57,390 nucleotides of DNA, taken from Octopus bimaculoides. Lineage: Eukaryota. Below are positions 1-13,177 of the stretch, piece after piece. Positions within the stretch are counted from its first letter, which is position 1; each line of letters starts with the position of its first letter. The position numbers and the translations under genes are program-made. The notes under the pieces are model-generated. The model was not told the DNA's origin. It was given only the letters and a program-made list of their open reading frames with translations, and did not search any database. The DNA lies in contig NC_068981.1 in the NCBI RefSeq assembly GCF_001194135.2, positions 129,476,036 to 129,533,425 on the forward strand. The letters are read 5' to 3'.

Positions 1-204
1 TACACAAAACGTGTTTCTGAATTATGTGTATTTACTTTATATACATATGAGTTGAAAACTTTCTTCTAGCATTCCACTTAATGTCTATGTTCCATGCTGG
101 CATGGATTGGAGAGTTATTAATGTAGAAATATGGTATCGTAGCTACTAACAGTTGAGGGTTGCGTAGTCTAGACGGCGTTTTTAGATTTCATTATTCTCT
201 TTAA

Positions 205-231
205 CCCAGGCAAAGCCGGGTATTTCTGCTA

Positions 232-232
<1 letters not shown>
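205..232 (+). mobile_element. Helitron-type 3' terminus
   Basis: GC hairpin cccagg-caaag-ccggg, 8 nt, then CTAG followed by T and a (TA)n run. Confidence 0.55.
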
Positions 233-270
<38 letters not shown>

Positions 271-416
271 ACTTAGTCTCCTAGGTAACAGACGCTATCT
301 ATTACTTCTAATGATCTATCTGAGCATTTGAGAAGTTTGTGTGTATGTGTGTGCGCGCGCGCTGTGTGTGTGCGCGCGTGCGCACGCTGTGTGTGTGTGT
401 GTGTGTGCGTGTGTGT
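232..416. repeat. (TA)n and (TG)n/(CG)n microsatellite cluster
   Basis: Directly visible. Similar tracts at about 6460-6600, 17387-17427, 41578-41600 and 51789-51836. Confidence 0.9.
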
Positions 417-1403
417 ATACATACTATGGGCTTCCACACATTCTGTCAGTCAAATTCACTCACAAAGCATTGGTAGAAGACTCTTGTCCAAGTTACCACA
501 CAGTGTGGTTGAATATGAATACAAGATCACATGGTTGCAAAATGAGCTTCTTAACAGCTGGCCATGCTTGTACCTTATGCAGGTCATTATATATATTCAG
601 GTCTGAGACAGACCTGAAGCTGATCTGGAGTGGAGAAGGCATGTTGTTGAGGCTACAAATGGCAATGAAAGGACTCTGGCAAGCACAATTGATCAACTGA
701 TTGACTAAATGATTAATCAAACAATTGATTAGTTAATTGATTAAACAACTACCCCCACCCATTATCTTCATCATCATTTACCATCTGTTTTCCATGTTGG
801 CACCGGTTGGACAGTTTGACTGGTGCTGGTAAGGCCAGAGGCTGCACCAGGCTCCATTGTCTATTCTGGCATGGTTTCTATGACTGAATGCCCTTCTTAA
901 AACCAACCACTCTATAGAGTGTACTGTACGCTTTTAATGTAGCACCAACATGAGTGCTTTTAATGTGGCACCAGCACAAGTACTTTTAACATGGCACCAA
1001 CACCAGTATCAATTCTGCAGTGGCGGACGGGTCTTCTTGAGTACAGCCGTGTGCCAGATATCTTAGAACTTAATCATCTCTTCTGTAAGGCTCAGTCTCT
1101 TGAAATCAGCCCTTGATACTTTGTCCCATGTCTTCCTAGTTTCCCTCTTCCACAAGTTCCATCCACTTTTAGTGATCGGCACTTTTGTATGCAACTGTCT
1201 AATGATAAAGAAATGAAATTGAACTAGTGTGTGTGTTTATTATTTGTGTAATGATGTATTGATTCTCTTAAGATACAACAACGTATATATGTACATATGT
1301 ATGTGTGTGTGTATGTGTGTGTGTGTGTACATCATTTTATAAAAAAAGCATTTAGGTAGTTTTTACTAATTTAATTACCATAATTATATTAGATGTAATT
1401 ATA

Positions 1404-1720
1404 AGGTTCATAGCTCAGTGGTTAGAGTGTCAGGCTCACAATCATGTGGTAGTGAGTTCAATTCCTGGACTGGGCTGTCTGTTGTATTCATGAGCAAGAC
1501 ACTTTATATAACGTTGTTCCATTTCACTCATCTGTAAAAATGAGTTGTGATGACACTGATGCCAAGCTGTATTGGCCTTTGCATTTCCTTTGGTGGCATG
1601 GAGAGTTGAGGCTGGTATGCACGGTGACTGCTGGTCTTCCATAAACAACATTGCTTGGAGGGTAACTTTCTAGGTGCAATCCCATGGTCATTCATGACTG
1701 AAGGGGGTCTTTACCCTTTA
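1404..1720 (+). mobile_element. tRNA-headed SINE with CORE-like centre
   Basis: A-box tagctcagtgg, B-box gagttcaattcc, then agcaagacact...ctcatctgtaaaa; related copy at 3011-3320 on the minus strand. Confidence 0.7.
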
Positions 1721-1796
1721 ACCGTTACCCATTAAATATAATAAAGAAATATGATAGATTACAATAAAGTATATATTATGTAATTGTAAAATCTTT

Positions 1797-1882
1797 GCTA
1801 CCTGCCTACCTACCTATCTATCAACCTACCTATCTATCAACCTACCTATCTATCAACCTACCTATCTATCAACCTACCTACA
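1797..1882. repeat. Compound CTAC/CTAT microsatellite with a 16-bp higher-order unit
   Basis: acctacctatctatca repeated four times. Confidence 0.9.
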
Positions 1883-2229
1883 TACATTTTGAAGCATCTT
1901 GGGCAAAGTTTAGCTACAAAGTTACGAGAAAAGGCAGTATTTATATAAATAATGATGTTTTTCTTTATAAAAAATAAATCCAAAGTTACTTCTGAGCTTA
2001 AATGCAAAATTATAATAAATAATTGTTTCTGATTAAGGCAGAAAGCCAGTAATTTTTTTAGTCAATATCATTGACCCCAGTACCAGACTGGGACTTTATT
2101 CTAGTGACCCTGGAAGGATGAAAGGTAAAGTTGATCTCAGCAGTATATGAATTTAGAATGTAAAGAGCGGGAAGAAAGTAACAAGGAAAAATAAGAATGA
2201 AACATAAATGCAAAATGATATAAAAAGAA

Positions 2230-2960
2230 TAAAACATGAAAGATGGCAATGTCTATCGCAATAATACAACCTGTACAATGGCAGTCCTCCTGTTTTGGTG
2301 TTTTACAAAATGGAGATGAAATCTTGAAGATTTAGATTTTCAGCACATCATCTATTCATAGCAATTGTTCCTAAACTGTCCAGGCTGTTGACAATATAGA
2401 TATTCAAAGCTAAGTCTTGATTACCTGCAGTTTGAAAAAAAAAAAACTGCACTACAGCTTGCACAACATACAGAAAGTGTTATAGAATTTAAAGTAGTTT
2501 GGAGAGATATAAGACAGCATCTCAAAAGGGATGCCAAAGCCTAGGTAACTCAGTCAGTGAGTTCAAGGTGCGTAATTTCCACTCAGTGAGATGATTTACA
2601 TTGTGTCACTCTGCCTTCAAGTCATCCAAGTTCAGTTAATGTATCTGTCATGAATTTGAGAAAATCAATGTTGAGAAACAGGTATAAGTTTTGGGATAAA
2701 GACAGGGAAGAAATTCAAAACATTAAAATTTTCCAAAAAGTGACAATGGAGCTATAAGCAAACCCAATCCAAAGCAAAAAAGAAGGTCTCATAATGAAAA
2801 TTGGTAAAATAATTTCCTCTATTTGTTTGCTGGCTTTCAACAACCTCACTACTCACTCAGTTCTCCAAATGCTATGGCACTTTTCCTCCAACTAGTTGTT
2901 CTGAATAAATCCAGTGGCCTGTTACTTGATCATATGTTGTGTAACTTCATTGGTTAGCTT
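2230..2960 (-). mobile_element. Highly decayed LINE remnant, possibly CR1/L2-like
   Basis: Weak by-eye resemblance to reverse-transcriptase C-terminal motifs across many stops; family uncertain. Confidence 0.3.
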
Positions 2961-3010
2961 ATTTCACTCTACATCAAAATACTCCATGCAACAGGATATC
3001 AGTTTGCTTA

Positions 3011-3320
3011 AAGGGTAAAGGGTAATGACCTCCTTTGGTCACAAATGACCATGGGATTGCACCCAGAAAGTCCGGACAAGGTTGTTTGTGGAAGACCAGC
3101 AGTTGCTTATGCATTCCAGTCTCCCCTCTTCATGCCATCGATGTTGTCCAAGGGAAAGGCAAAGGCTGTTACAGCTTGGTACCAGTGACATCACAGCTCA
3201 TTTCTATAGCTGAGTGAACCGGAGCAACATAAAATAAAGTGTCTTGCTCAAAAACACAACACACAGCCTGGTCCAAGAATCAAATTTACAACTGATGCTC
3301 TAACCACTGAGTCATGCACC
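3011..3320 (-). mobile_element. tRNA-headed SINE, same family as 1404-1720
   Basis: Reverse complement shares ctggtcttccataaacaac and tgcaatcccatggtcatt blocks plus the tRNA-like head. Confidence 0.65.
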
Positions 3321-4138
3321 TTCACATATCAATTTGCTTACTACATTCATAACCAGTGAAGAAGATTGTAGCATCTTTGTCAGAGGCTTAATTAGTAGGA
3401 CTTGTTCAAAGAGGATGGGAAGAACATGAAAATTTGATGCCAAAAGTGATAGAAGCAGTTTGTTCTCAATTTGTTTCTCTGATGATTTATCTTAAATCAG
3501 GGGTTCTCAAGCTGACATATATCAGTTCCCCTATGCCCAACACATGGAAGTTTACACTTCACAGAATAACATTCACTGTGTATCAGACAAGTTTATCAGG
3601 TGCACATTTTTTTCCCCTATAACTGCTGAAAGTATTGATATACATTGGGTTGAGCCAATAGAGAGAAAAAGTCTCCCACTACTTTTACATTTTTTTATGT
3701 AGTTATAATGGTAAAAGTTAGGCGTCAGAGGTTACCATTTGTAATGGTAGATGCAGTTATTCGTTTTGAGTGGTTATTCAAATGTAACAGGTGTGATGTT
3801 GCAGATGTGAAGGAAGAACAATGGTCAAAGCTGATGTTGACACCAAATTTTTATTTACTGTTACTTTATGTATAGCTACACACGACAGCAGGCATGTATA
3901 GCATAAGTGGAAAAGCATGTGAGGTTAAGAGAGTTAACTTCTTTTTGTATAACTGTGTACATGTTGTCGTCATTGTAGTAATAAAAAAGGTAGAGACAGA
4001 GTGATGTTGCAGAGAAGAGAAAGTGAGCTAGTGGAAGTGAGAGTGGTGGAATGAGGCAACTACTTCGTTGGTGAGTTACCATAGTTGTGCCTTTTCATTC
4101 AGAGATGGCATTTCAGTCAGCTGGTCAGCCAACTCCCC

Positions 4139-5519
4139 TGTTAGTTGGTTCTCACTGACTGATTTTGCCCTGTATGCTGCTAGTATTTATTAGAATTGCA
4201 GACCAGCCAGAAAGAGAGAAATATTGTCGAGAACAATAGATCTGTTCGATAAAGGTCACCCTTATCTAATTTCAACTTTTGGTGGCATAGAAGAGGTCAA
4301 GAGTTAAACTGAGAATACATAAATTGTTTTGGCAAAGCAATATGTTGGATGTAACTGCTGTCAACCATTGTTTTTCTGTGAGAAAAATGCTGTTGCAATG
4401 TTAAGGGAAATTGGCAGATTCAGGTTCGAATCTACTCTATGCATAAAGAAGTCACTACATAGTCAAATGCACCAGGTTGAGTTAATGGGCAGGGTAGTGA
4501 ACAGAGATTGTTGGAACACCAGTGGGTTTTTTTCTTTGCACATGACCACAGGACCATCAGTAATACAATAATGGATATCAACACAAAGAGAGTTCAGCAT
4601 CAACTATATGCACTTCAGAAGCAATTTAACATCAAGATTAAAAGCTGATATTCAAAAAATTCTTCACGGGCAATATTGTCAAAAATATAGTTCAGAGCAA
4701 GTGAAAGCCATTCAGTTTTTTAAATACCCCTCATTTCATTCGCAATCAATGCAAATGAATCTCACTTAGATACTTCTTGAATTAGTACTTTTATCATTAC
4801 TGATATCATAACAAAAAGAAACTCATTTTGAATAGTTTTTTCTCTGCTTTCGTGGATTCTGATGACTCTCTGTTGCCATCCAATTCCATTATTGTGAATT
4901 GGAATTGGAAGCTTGAGTCATAGTGAATCTTTCATTAGCTGAATACACAACAATGAATGTCACTCCTATGACGGTGCAGATACTCTCTTGATAGAGCTTG
5001 GTGATCCTGACCATTGATCTTCTAGGGTTTCTCTGCTCAGCATCAATGTAAAAAGCTGAGCTCTTCCACTACCACTTCACAAATTGCCATGCTGCAGTCC
5101 CATGACTTTGCTGTATCCTGGCAGGGTGGCTGAATGGGTGCTCTGCCTTGCCAAAGGGCAGCCTGTAACTATGCAGGGCATAGTCATCACTCCATGAGGT
5201 ATTTTCAAAATACCCACAAACTGAATACTATGATGTATTGGCATCAGAGACCCTCTATTATCCACTCTCTAATGAAAGGGTCGAGCATCAATATAAAGCC
5301 CATTATTTCTCACATAACTTTATTTTCATACACATAACTGTATTCTCAGTTTAACTCTTGACCTCTTCTATGCCACCAAAAGTTGAAATTAGATAAGGGT
5401 GACCTACATTGAACAAATCTATTGTTCTCAACAATATTTCTCTCTTTCTGGCTGGTCTGCAATTCTAATAAATACTTGCAGCATACAGGGCAAAATCAGT
5501 TAGTGAGAACTGACTAACA
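4139..5519 (-). mobile_element. Non-autonomous hAT-derived (ZMYM1/DUF4371-like) DNA element with 181-bp inverted termini
   Basis: Arms 4139-4319 and 5339-5519 differ at 9 of 181 positions. Minus strand reads SFALIANEMRGI*KTEWLSLALNYIFDNIAREEFF (about 4650-4760) and VHYPAH*LNLV (4471-4503), resembling hAT catalytic-region motifs. No TSD found. Confidence 0.7.
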
Positions 5520-6049
5520 TATCAACATCATTCATATCTTTGGAAAATCACTTGTAGTGCAGTGATTCATAAAACAGAAGCTAAGACAGGTAGGTAGTGC
5601 CTATTTTTGTGAATTTTTAAACTTGCTTCATATAAGCTTTGGTGGCACAGGACAGCACATGAATATTTCCTTCCCTCCACAATGAAGCAGGTTTATTATA
5701 GAATTGAGATTTCTAGGAGATAGCCAAAGCACCCTTTTACCCAGCAATATCACCCTAGTCAAGAAAGCCTATTTCTGCTAAACAAGCAAACAAGTTAACC
5801 AATCAATCAATTTATCTAAGTACCAACCTACCAGCCTGTCTGTCTGACTATCTGTGTGTGTGTGCATGTGCATGTATGTGTGTGTGTAGTCACAGACACA
5901 CACACACAATGGGAGAGACAAATATTAGAGAGCAGAACTTTAGCAGGCCATAAATGGAAAATGGCCAAATATAATGCTACTTGGCATGAATGAAATTTTA
6001 ACTTTTTACATTTCTCTTTCAGACAATCTGGTGCATGAAATAAACTGGC

Positions 6050-6548
6050 ATGTCATGCTTGTGAGTCTAACTGCCAAACATAACAAGAAACTTCATGTTC
6101 AAGAGCACAAACATGTTGGAAAACTCTGAAAGGGATATGTCTAACAAAGAGGAAGAAACATTCACAGTATTCAACCACTGTCAAGATGGCTACATTCATC
6201 CAGCTGGTCCAGTATATCATTAATGATAACCCTAGAAAGTTGAAGGCCATCACTGAGCTGCACAAGGTAAATGAGTCTACAGTCAGATATGTAGTGCATG
6301 AGAATATCAGAGCCAAACTCTATGTGATAAGGACAGGATACTTCATGTACTCACCTTAGATTAAAGCACTTGTTAAATGAGCTCAAGCACCCCAAGGAAC
6401 CTGTATTATTTTGGTTCTTCTCTGATAAGAACTTTGACCCAAACCTGGAAGGAAACAGGATGTGTGTGTGTGTGTGTGAGGGTGTCTAATCTTAGTGAGT
6501 TTTGTTGGAAGAAACTGAAAAGAAGCTTGCTGTTGTTGTTGTTGTTGT

Positions 6549-6584
<36 letters not shown>

Positions 6585-6900
6585 CATGTATGTGTGTGTG
6601 GATATGCAGGTGTGACATTGCATCTTAACTATAAACAAGTGGCTCTACACAAATTCAATGTAGGTAACTATGAAGATGCACCCAACTTTCTGTCAGTTGT
6701 GGCCACAAGCAATGAGGGCTACATCATGCTGCCTCACCTCTTCCTGCAAAACTTTAGGAATCAATGCCATCACTTCCTCAAAGATGCTGAACACAAAATT
6801 CAAGCCTGGATCAAAGGCAGATCAAGAAGGCTACATGTCTTCCAGCAGGACTTGTTCCCTCCTACATGGCTTACATGACCTAAGAGTAACTGATTGCAGC
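6050..6900 (+). mobile_element. Degenerate Tc1/mariner transposase remnant, interrupted by microsatellites
   Basis: Reads KRKKHS...VQYIINDNPRK...STVRYVVHENIR, then SNEGYIMLPHLF...QAWIKG...HVFQQD, matching the DNA-binding and DDD-core segments of this superfamily. Confidence 0.7.
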
Positions 6901-7361
6901 TTCTCATGCAGTTTCTCAACATAGGGACTCTTAGCTATCCTAACTGGTGTGGTATGGGAGAAGAGATCATCCATTGCAGTATTAGCATCTCATTGGTGGC
7001 TGCTGCTGTGGAACTGATGGGCAGCAAAGGTAGAGGATACTTCATCCTAGGTTGTAGTCACTTCTAGAACTGTGATGGTATCTTGATTGAGGTTGATGGT
7101 ATGCTTGTTGGATGGTATGTTTATTTAATGGTGCCATTTTTCTGAGGGACTTCAGTTTTTTTTCTGTTTGCTATTTTTGCTTTCCATATGCATTGCTTTC
7201 TTCTCAGACAACAGGTGCACTCTATACACCTTATCTTCATATCTGTCTAACTATATCAGTGTATATATTGTAGGGAATTAGTATAATGGTACACCCCTCC
7301 CACGTGACGAATGGAATAACCTAGTCACTATAAGTAAAGAGAAGTACATGAAGTACCAGTA

Positions 7362-9171
7362 TACGTAGCAGGTGGTCAGTTGTTTTCACAGCTCCTCCGA
7401 ATTTCTTTTGTCTGTTTATCGTGAGTTATATTTTGCTGTTTTACTTTGCTGTTTATTACTTGTTTCATGTTCAAACGCTTTGTTAATTTGTTTTGCTGCT
7501 TTGCGACAGACTGTTGACACTTTCCCTCTTTGAAGAGGAGGGTTAACCAAGTATGATGCAATACAAAGACTTCACCGCCTTGGAGCTATCGTCTTTGAAG
7601 GAGGAGTTGTTAAGGTCAATCGATGAAATAAACGAGCAAATGAAGAAGAAGAGGAACTTTGCAGATGTTACAAGGAGCCAGAATAGCGAAATTGACTTGT
7701 AAAAGTTGGAGTGTTATAAAGATATTCTAAGTAGAGAAGGATACGATGTAAAGGTGTGTCCCCCTCAAGAGATAACAACTAATACAAAAGAAAGAACAAT
7801 AATCTATAGAACATATTCAGCAGAAGCAGGAAAAATAGAAATTACGGCAATGACGCAAATTGAAAGAGCATTAAGACAAATCTGGCAAGAAATTACATAT
7901 CTTGCCAGAGGAACAAAATATGGAATGGTAGAGGTGTGTTTCTGAGAGGCAGCTACTGCTAGGCTACATTTGGCAACCCCGTTGAAAAATGGAGAAGTGG
8001 TACTTCTATTCACATACCTTGGGAGATGTGCTTCCAGGGTTAGGGTAGAAGGCATACCACCGGAAATTGATGTGACCTGGATAGCAGCCATTGTACTACT
8101 CGGAAACGAGGAAAAAATAATGGTTCACCAAGCCACAAAAACAGAATACAAAAACTGGAAAGGACAGACCCTGAATATGATTATCCAGAGGTTGCCAGAA
8201 AACATCGAAAATTTGACCCAAACTGTCACGATAGAAGATTTAATAATAAGGGTCAAGGTGGAGGGCAGGATCCTGCGATGTTACAAGTGTGGCCTAAAAG
8301 GCCACATTAGAGTGGACTGCCCTTTGTTGACCAAAAAGCCCCAGGAAGGACCAGTGAAAAAGGAGGAGGTCATGCCACCAGCAACAACAGAAGAGGAAAA
8401 TAAAGAAAGGAACAACGAATGGGAAATGGCTGGTAAAAGAAAGAGAAGGAAAAGGAAAAAGGCATGTCATGTGGATGTAGACCCCCACCCCACACCAATC
8501 CAACACCCATCCACACCGTCTTTGCCCCATCTTCCCCCTACAGACACCAAACCTCCCCACTCCTCTCAGACACTAAGAATACACACAAAAAACCCCAAAC
8601 TTTCCCTCCCCAGCCGAGGAAAAAATAATTATGTGGTGAAGTTTGACAAGTAAAATGAGGAACTTATCGAGGAAGTGAGCACATGAGAAGACTGTATGTT
8701 CAAGCACATATACTGATATACAAGGGTGGTATTGTTGCTGGTGACCCAGGAGCAATTATCAAAAGTAATGGAATACAAAGCATGGATATAAGTACTGGAA
8801 GATAAAGATGGACATAAGTCACCTACCATACTACATAGACTATATGGATCTTCTAGAGGAATACAAAGTTGACATTTTTTCTGGAACTCAGATCAAAGTG
8901 AGATATAAATGAAGCCGCTTGGAGGTGGAGCCGAATAGCTTCATTACATTTTTCATTTTTTTCATTGTACACCTCATTTTGCTGTCATACACTTTTCTTT
9001 TTTTTCTTCTTTGTTGCTTGTCCCTATATGTCTTGTATTGTCCCCTCTGTGTAGCCCCTTGTGTGTAATAAAAAATCAGAGTACGTAGCAGGTGGTCAGT
9101 CGCTTTCACAGCTCCTCCGAGTTTCTTTTGTCTGTTTATCATGAGTTATATTTTGCTGTTTTACTTTGCTG
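7362..9171 (+). mobile_element. ORF1/gag-only retroelement (L1/Tx1-ORF1-like) with 90-bp terminal direct repeats
   Basis: One reading frame 7553-8653 broken by two in-frame stops; direct repeats 7362-7451 and 9082-9171 (86/90 identical); T-rich 3' region; AATAAA at 9067-9072. Confidence 0.75.
7553..8653 (+). pseudogene. Disrupted retroelement ORF1p: coiled coil, RRM-like region, CCHC zinc knuckle, basic tail
   Basis: ORFs 7706..7945 and 7970..8653 are in frame with ATG 7553; stops TAA 7700 and TGA 7943; motifs RVRVEGIPPEI and CYKCGLKGHIRVDC (CX2CX4HX4C). Confidence 0.8.
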
Positions 9172-9799
9172 AATCAGTATGACACAGTCTGACAAAGCTG
9201 GACCAGTAACCATTTTGATATTAACCTGCTTGAAACCCTCCTTGGTTTTATGATACAAACTTTCAGCTTTAAAGTGATCTGAATCAAAACCTTCTATCAC
9301 AATTTCATGTTACTTTATCTTCCAAATAACAGCTTAATAATACTTTCAAGTTTTGGCACAAGTTTAGCATTTTCAGGGGAGTGGTAAGTTGATTAGATTG
9401 ACCCCGAAAGGCAAAGTTGGCCTTGGCGGAATTTGAACTCAGAATGTAAAGATGGATGAAATGCTGCTAAGCATTTTGCCCGGTGTGCTAACAACTCTGC
9501 CAGTTCCCTACTTTAAACTACAGCTAAATGACAAGAAGTTACTCTACTAACTTCATTTTTTTCCAAAATCAATTGAAACAAAGATAGTGTATTTCACTGG
9601 AAATATAACAAAAGTGTTAAATTATGTGCGATCCATCAGGGGGCTTCCTCACAATTTCTATCTATCCAGTTTCACATGCAAAGCACAGGTCAATTTGAGT
9701 TCATAGTAAGAGACATATGCCAAAGATTTTATGAAGTGTAATCAAAACTACAGGTGATAAGTGGCAGCTCATGATTGAGTAGTAGTTTGGGAAAAATCA

Positions 9800-10026
9800 C
9801 TAACTCTTTAGCATTTAAACTGGCCATATCCAACCAAAATATTCTTCTTGTTTTATGTTCAAACTGGCCAGATCTGACCTCTCACACCTACCCTAGAACG
9901 TCATTCTAAAAATATACAGTCACATCATTGAAATCCCAAATATACAAGATAATTCGTGATTAATTCAAAATAAGTGAACATATGAGCATCATATTTGACA
10001 AAGTTATATGAATACTAAAAGGTTAA
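9800..10026. mobile_element. TTAA-flanked (piggyBac-like) MITE, copy 1
   Basis: Degenerate terminal inverted repeats ctctttagcatt / aatactaaaagg with TTAA at the right end; internal similarity to 12985-13177. Confidence 0.6.
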
Positions 10027-10517
10027 GATTTATAGTGTTAAAAACACAGCATACTTCAGAGCTAGGCAAAACAAAATGGTCTTGGAAGTGAAAATAAAAG
10101 TGGCAAATACAGTACTTAGCAGTTTTGCTGCTAAAGAATGCCATGCACTTATCCCACTTCTGAAGTGAAATTGAAATCAACTAGTTTGAAGTATATAAAA
10201 ATAGTGTAAAAACTATTTATTTGCTGGTTTGCAACTGCATCACAGTAGGATAAATTCAAATTATGCAATAGAAATAGCTTGTAATGTACACATTACTGAT
10301 ACCACGTACAACATGTATGTTGTTTAAAAACTAGGAGCTATGGTTATGTTCAGGAAAGATCCCTTTGAAGATATAGTATTTAAAAACAGTATACTTCAGG
10401 CACACTATATTTTTAACTAAAATTACAGGTTAGGGGCCCATAGTTGATATATGTGCAGTGAGAAGTTAGTGTGTTGTTGGCTGCTGGTTTTATTTTGCTT
10501 ATTAAATTTAGAGTTTT

Positions 10518-11085
10518 CATCATCATTTAACATCCGCTTTCTATGCTGGCATGGGTTGGACAGTTTAACTGAGGACTGGCAAGCCAGAAGGCTGTGCCAA
10601 GCTCCAATCTCATTTGGCAAGGTTTCTACAGCTGGATGCCCTTCCTAATGCCAACTACTCTGAGAGTGTAGTGGGTGCTTTTTATGTGCCACTGGCACAA
10701 GAGCCAGTCAGGTGGTACTGACATCGACCACACTTGAATGGTACTTCTTATATGCCACCGGCATGGGAGCCAGTCAGGTGGCACTCGCAATAACCATGCC
10801 CGAATGGTGCTTTTTACATGCCAGTCAGGCGGTTGACTTCACTTGACTCAACAGGTCTTTGCAAGCACAATTTATTGCCCAATGATAGAAGGGTACTCTT
10901 AAATGGGCCGGTTATGCTGCATTGGCATAAGTCACTTAGCTTGCCGAGTCTTCTCAAGCACAGCATATCTCCAAAGGTCTCGATTACTTGTCATCACCTC
11001 CATGAGGCCCAACGTTCAAAGGTTGTGCTTCACCACCTCATCTCAAGTCTTCCTGGGTCTACTTCTTCCACAGGTTCCCTCCACA
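10518..11085 (-). mobile_element. RTE-LINE-tail repeat copy
   Basis: Same 3' block on the minus strand with about 65-bp internal repeats. Further copies at about 765-1205 (-), 11995-12135 (+), 29557-29935 (-), 38405-38600 (-), 43305-43525 (+), 50455-50790 (-) and 51160-51517 (-). Confidence 0.75.
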
Positions 11086-12984
11086 ACAAAGAATAACTAT
11101 GGCTTATGTGATCAGAGAATGCACACACATACGTATATGTATTTTGCTTTTTTATTTGGATTAAAAATGTTACCAATGGTTTCATGTGGAAAGGATTTCC
11201 ACAGTCTTCAAACGGTCCCCTCAAGAATGCTGATACTTGCCTCCATTTTGGTATTCTCATCCAAAATGAAGGCAATTCACAAACATAAAAAATTTACTCA
11301 CCAAATGCTGTGTTGAGGACTCATTCTCACTGTTTGATACTATATATATGTGTGTGTATATTGGGCATATTCTCTGAGTAAACATAATTGGCTAAGCATT
11401 AATGAATTGGCATCAAAAGGCTTTATCACAATTATTTATGTCCACACACACAAATTGTATACACATATTCTCTACTTTAATAATTGAGTACTTATACCTT
11501 CATCAGATCAGAAAGGGCAGCAACATGATCCATAGACCTAAGACTTGGCCTAAATGCTTGCAACAGAGTTGATTCCATAAAAGCACCCATGTGCTAGGTG
11601 CTTGTATTGTGTTTCCCACATTTCACTCAAAAAAATCTGTCAACATAAGGCTATAACAGAAGATAAGGAAACCACAGAAAGTCCTTCATACACACACACA
11701 CACACACAATACTAACACATAGCATATGGGTGCCATTATGGAATCCACTCTGAGTAGGGCTGGAGCAATGTGAAGTATAGTGTCTTGGTCAAGAGCACAG
11801 CACATTACTTGGTCCAGGAATCAAACTCATGACCTTATAATTGTGTGCCCAACACCCTAACCACAAGGCCATGCACCTTCACACAGACATATACATTCAA
11901 CGATGGCTTAGCTGACTGAAACTTCAAAGTCATCAACAACAAATTTTTTGTATAACAATAAATATATGTGTGCGTGTGTGTATATATATAAGTAAAAGCA
12001 CCCACTACACTCTTGGAGTGGTTGACATTAGGAAGGGCACCCAGCTGTAGTAACCATGCCAAATAAGATAGAAACCTGGTGCAGCTCCCCAGTTTACAGT
12101 CAAACCATGCTAGCACAAAAAAAACGGACGTTAAATGGTGATACATACACACACATTATATACATGCATACTCTACATTTTGTATAGTGCACATTTTATG
12201 ACTTGCTTTTATTACTGTGACTGGTGGGAGGAAGGAAGGCAGAGATCTGACAAGAATGCTTACAACAGAGCAGCATCTAGCAAGGACACCCATAGTTCAG
12301 GTAGCGGTGCTACATTTCCCAAATTTCAATGAAGGCTTTAGTTTAAGGTGACAGCTGGCAGGGTCAGAGTCACTGACCTTCTTGAGAATGGGACATACTG
12401 TTGTATGTCTCCTAAGATTGTGATAAATACTTGTAAACAAAGATTGAAGAGTTTCATGAGGATAGGAGTTCAATCTTAGGTGTTTGAGAGTAAAGAAAGT
12501 TACCTTGCTTGGAGATTGGCTTCAAGCAAATAGAAGTGTTTTTACGCTTGGTATGTATATACTTGTACACAGTGGTAAAACTGATGGACTGGAAAAAAAT
12601 TTGCAGAGAATGTGCATTATAGAATTGAAATATAATGCAGGAACATTGGTTGAAAAGTTAGATAAGATGATTTAGAAATTTTGTTGGAGAACCTTTCAGT
12701 AAGGAACTAAAAGGACTGGCTAACATTTTAGAAATTTCCTTTCATTCACTGTTAAGAGGAAATGAAAATTGCAACAATTCAGATATTCCATTTTGTAGAG
12801 AATGCACTATCTTATTTGTTGGCATATTTTTTATTCTTGATATCATAAATAACAATGTCATAAACATAGGTTTTAATACTATAATCAACATGGACAAAAT
12901 AAAAACAATAAATATCACATTTATAAGGATTTGAAAATATATTTTCTTTAAACTGCTTTTGACTTGGCTACCATCAACCACATA

Positions 12985-13177
12985 ATGCTTCAGCATTTAA
13001 ACTGGCCATATCTGGCCCAAATATTCTGTTTCATGTTCAAACTGTCCTCTCTACACCTACCCTTTAAAAAAAAATCATTGAAATCTCAAAGCTACAAAAT
13101 AATGCGTGATTAATTCAAAACAATTTGAATAAATAAGTATTATACATGACAGAGTAATCTGAATGCTAAAGGATTAA
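12985..13177. mobile_element. TTAA-flanked (piggyBac-like) MITE, copy 2
   Basis: Shares agcatttaaactggccatatc...caaactg...cacctaccct...tgattaattcaaaa with copy 1; ends aatgctaaaggattaa. Confidence 0.6.

Noticed and set aside
328-700. ORFs rich in CV/VC repeats (also 6377-6628 and 36522-36776)
   Set aside because: They are translations of (TG)n/(CA)n microsatellites and SINE sequence, with no splice or domain support.
5077-5265. MTMPCIVTGCP segment resembling a THAP domain start
   Set aside because: Downstream THAP residues (W, C, HF) were not found, and the rest of the interior matches hAT motifs better.
12742-12996. Hydrophobic 84-aa ORF resembling a membrane protein
   Set aside because: Composition is explained by AT-rich sequence; it begins inside a MITE and has no convincing splice sites or motif.
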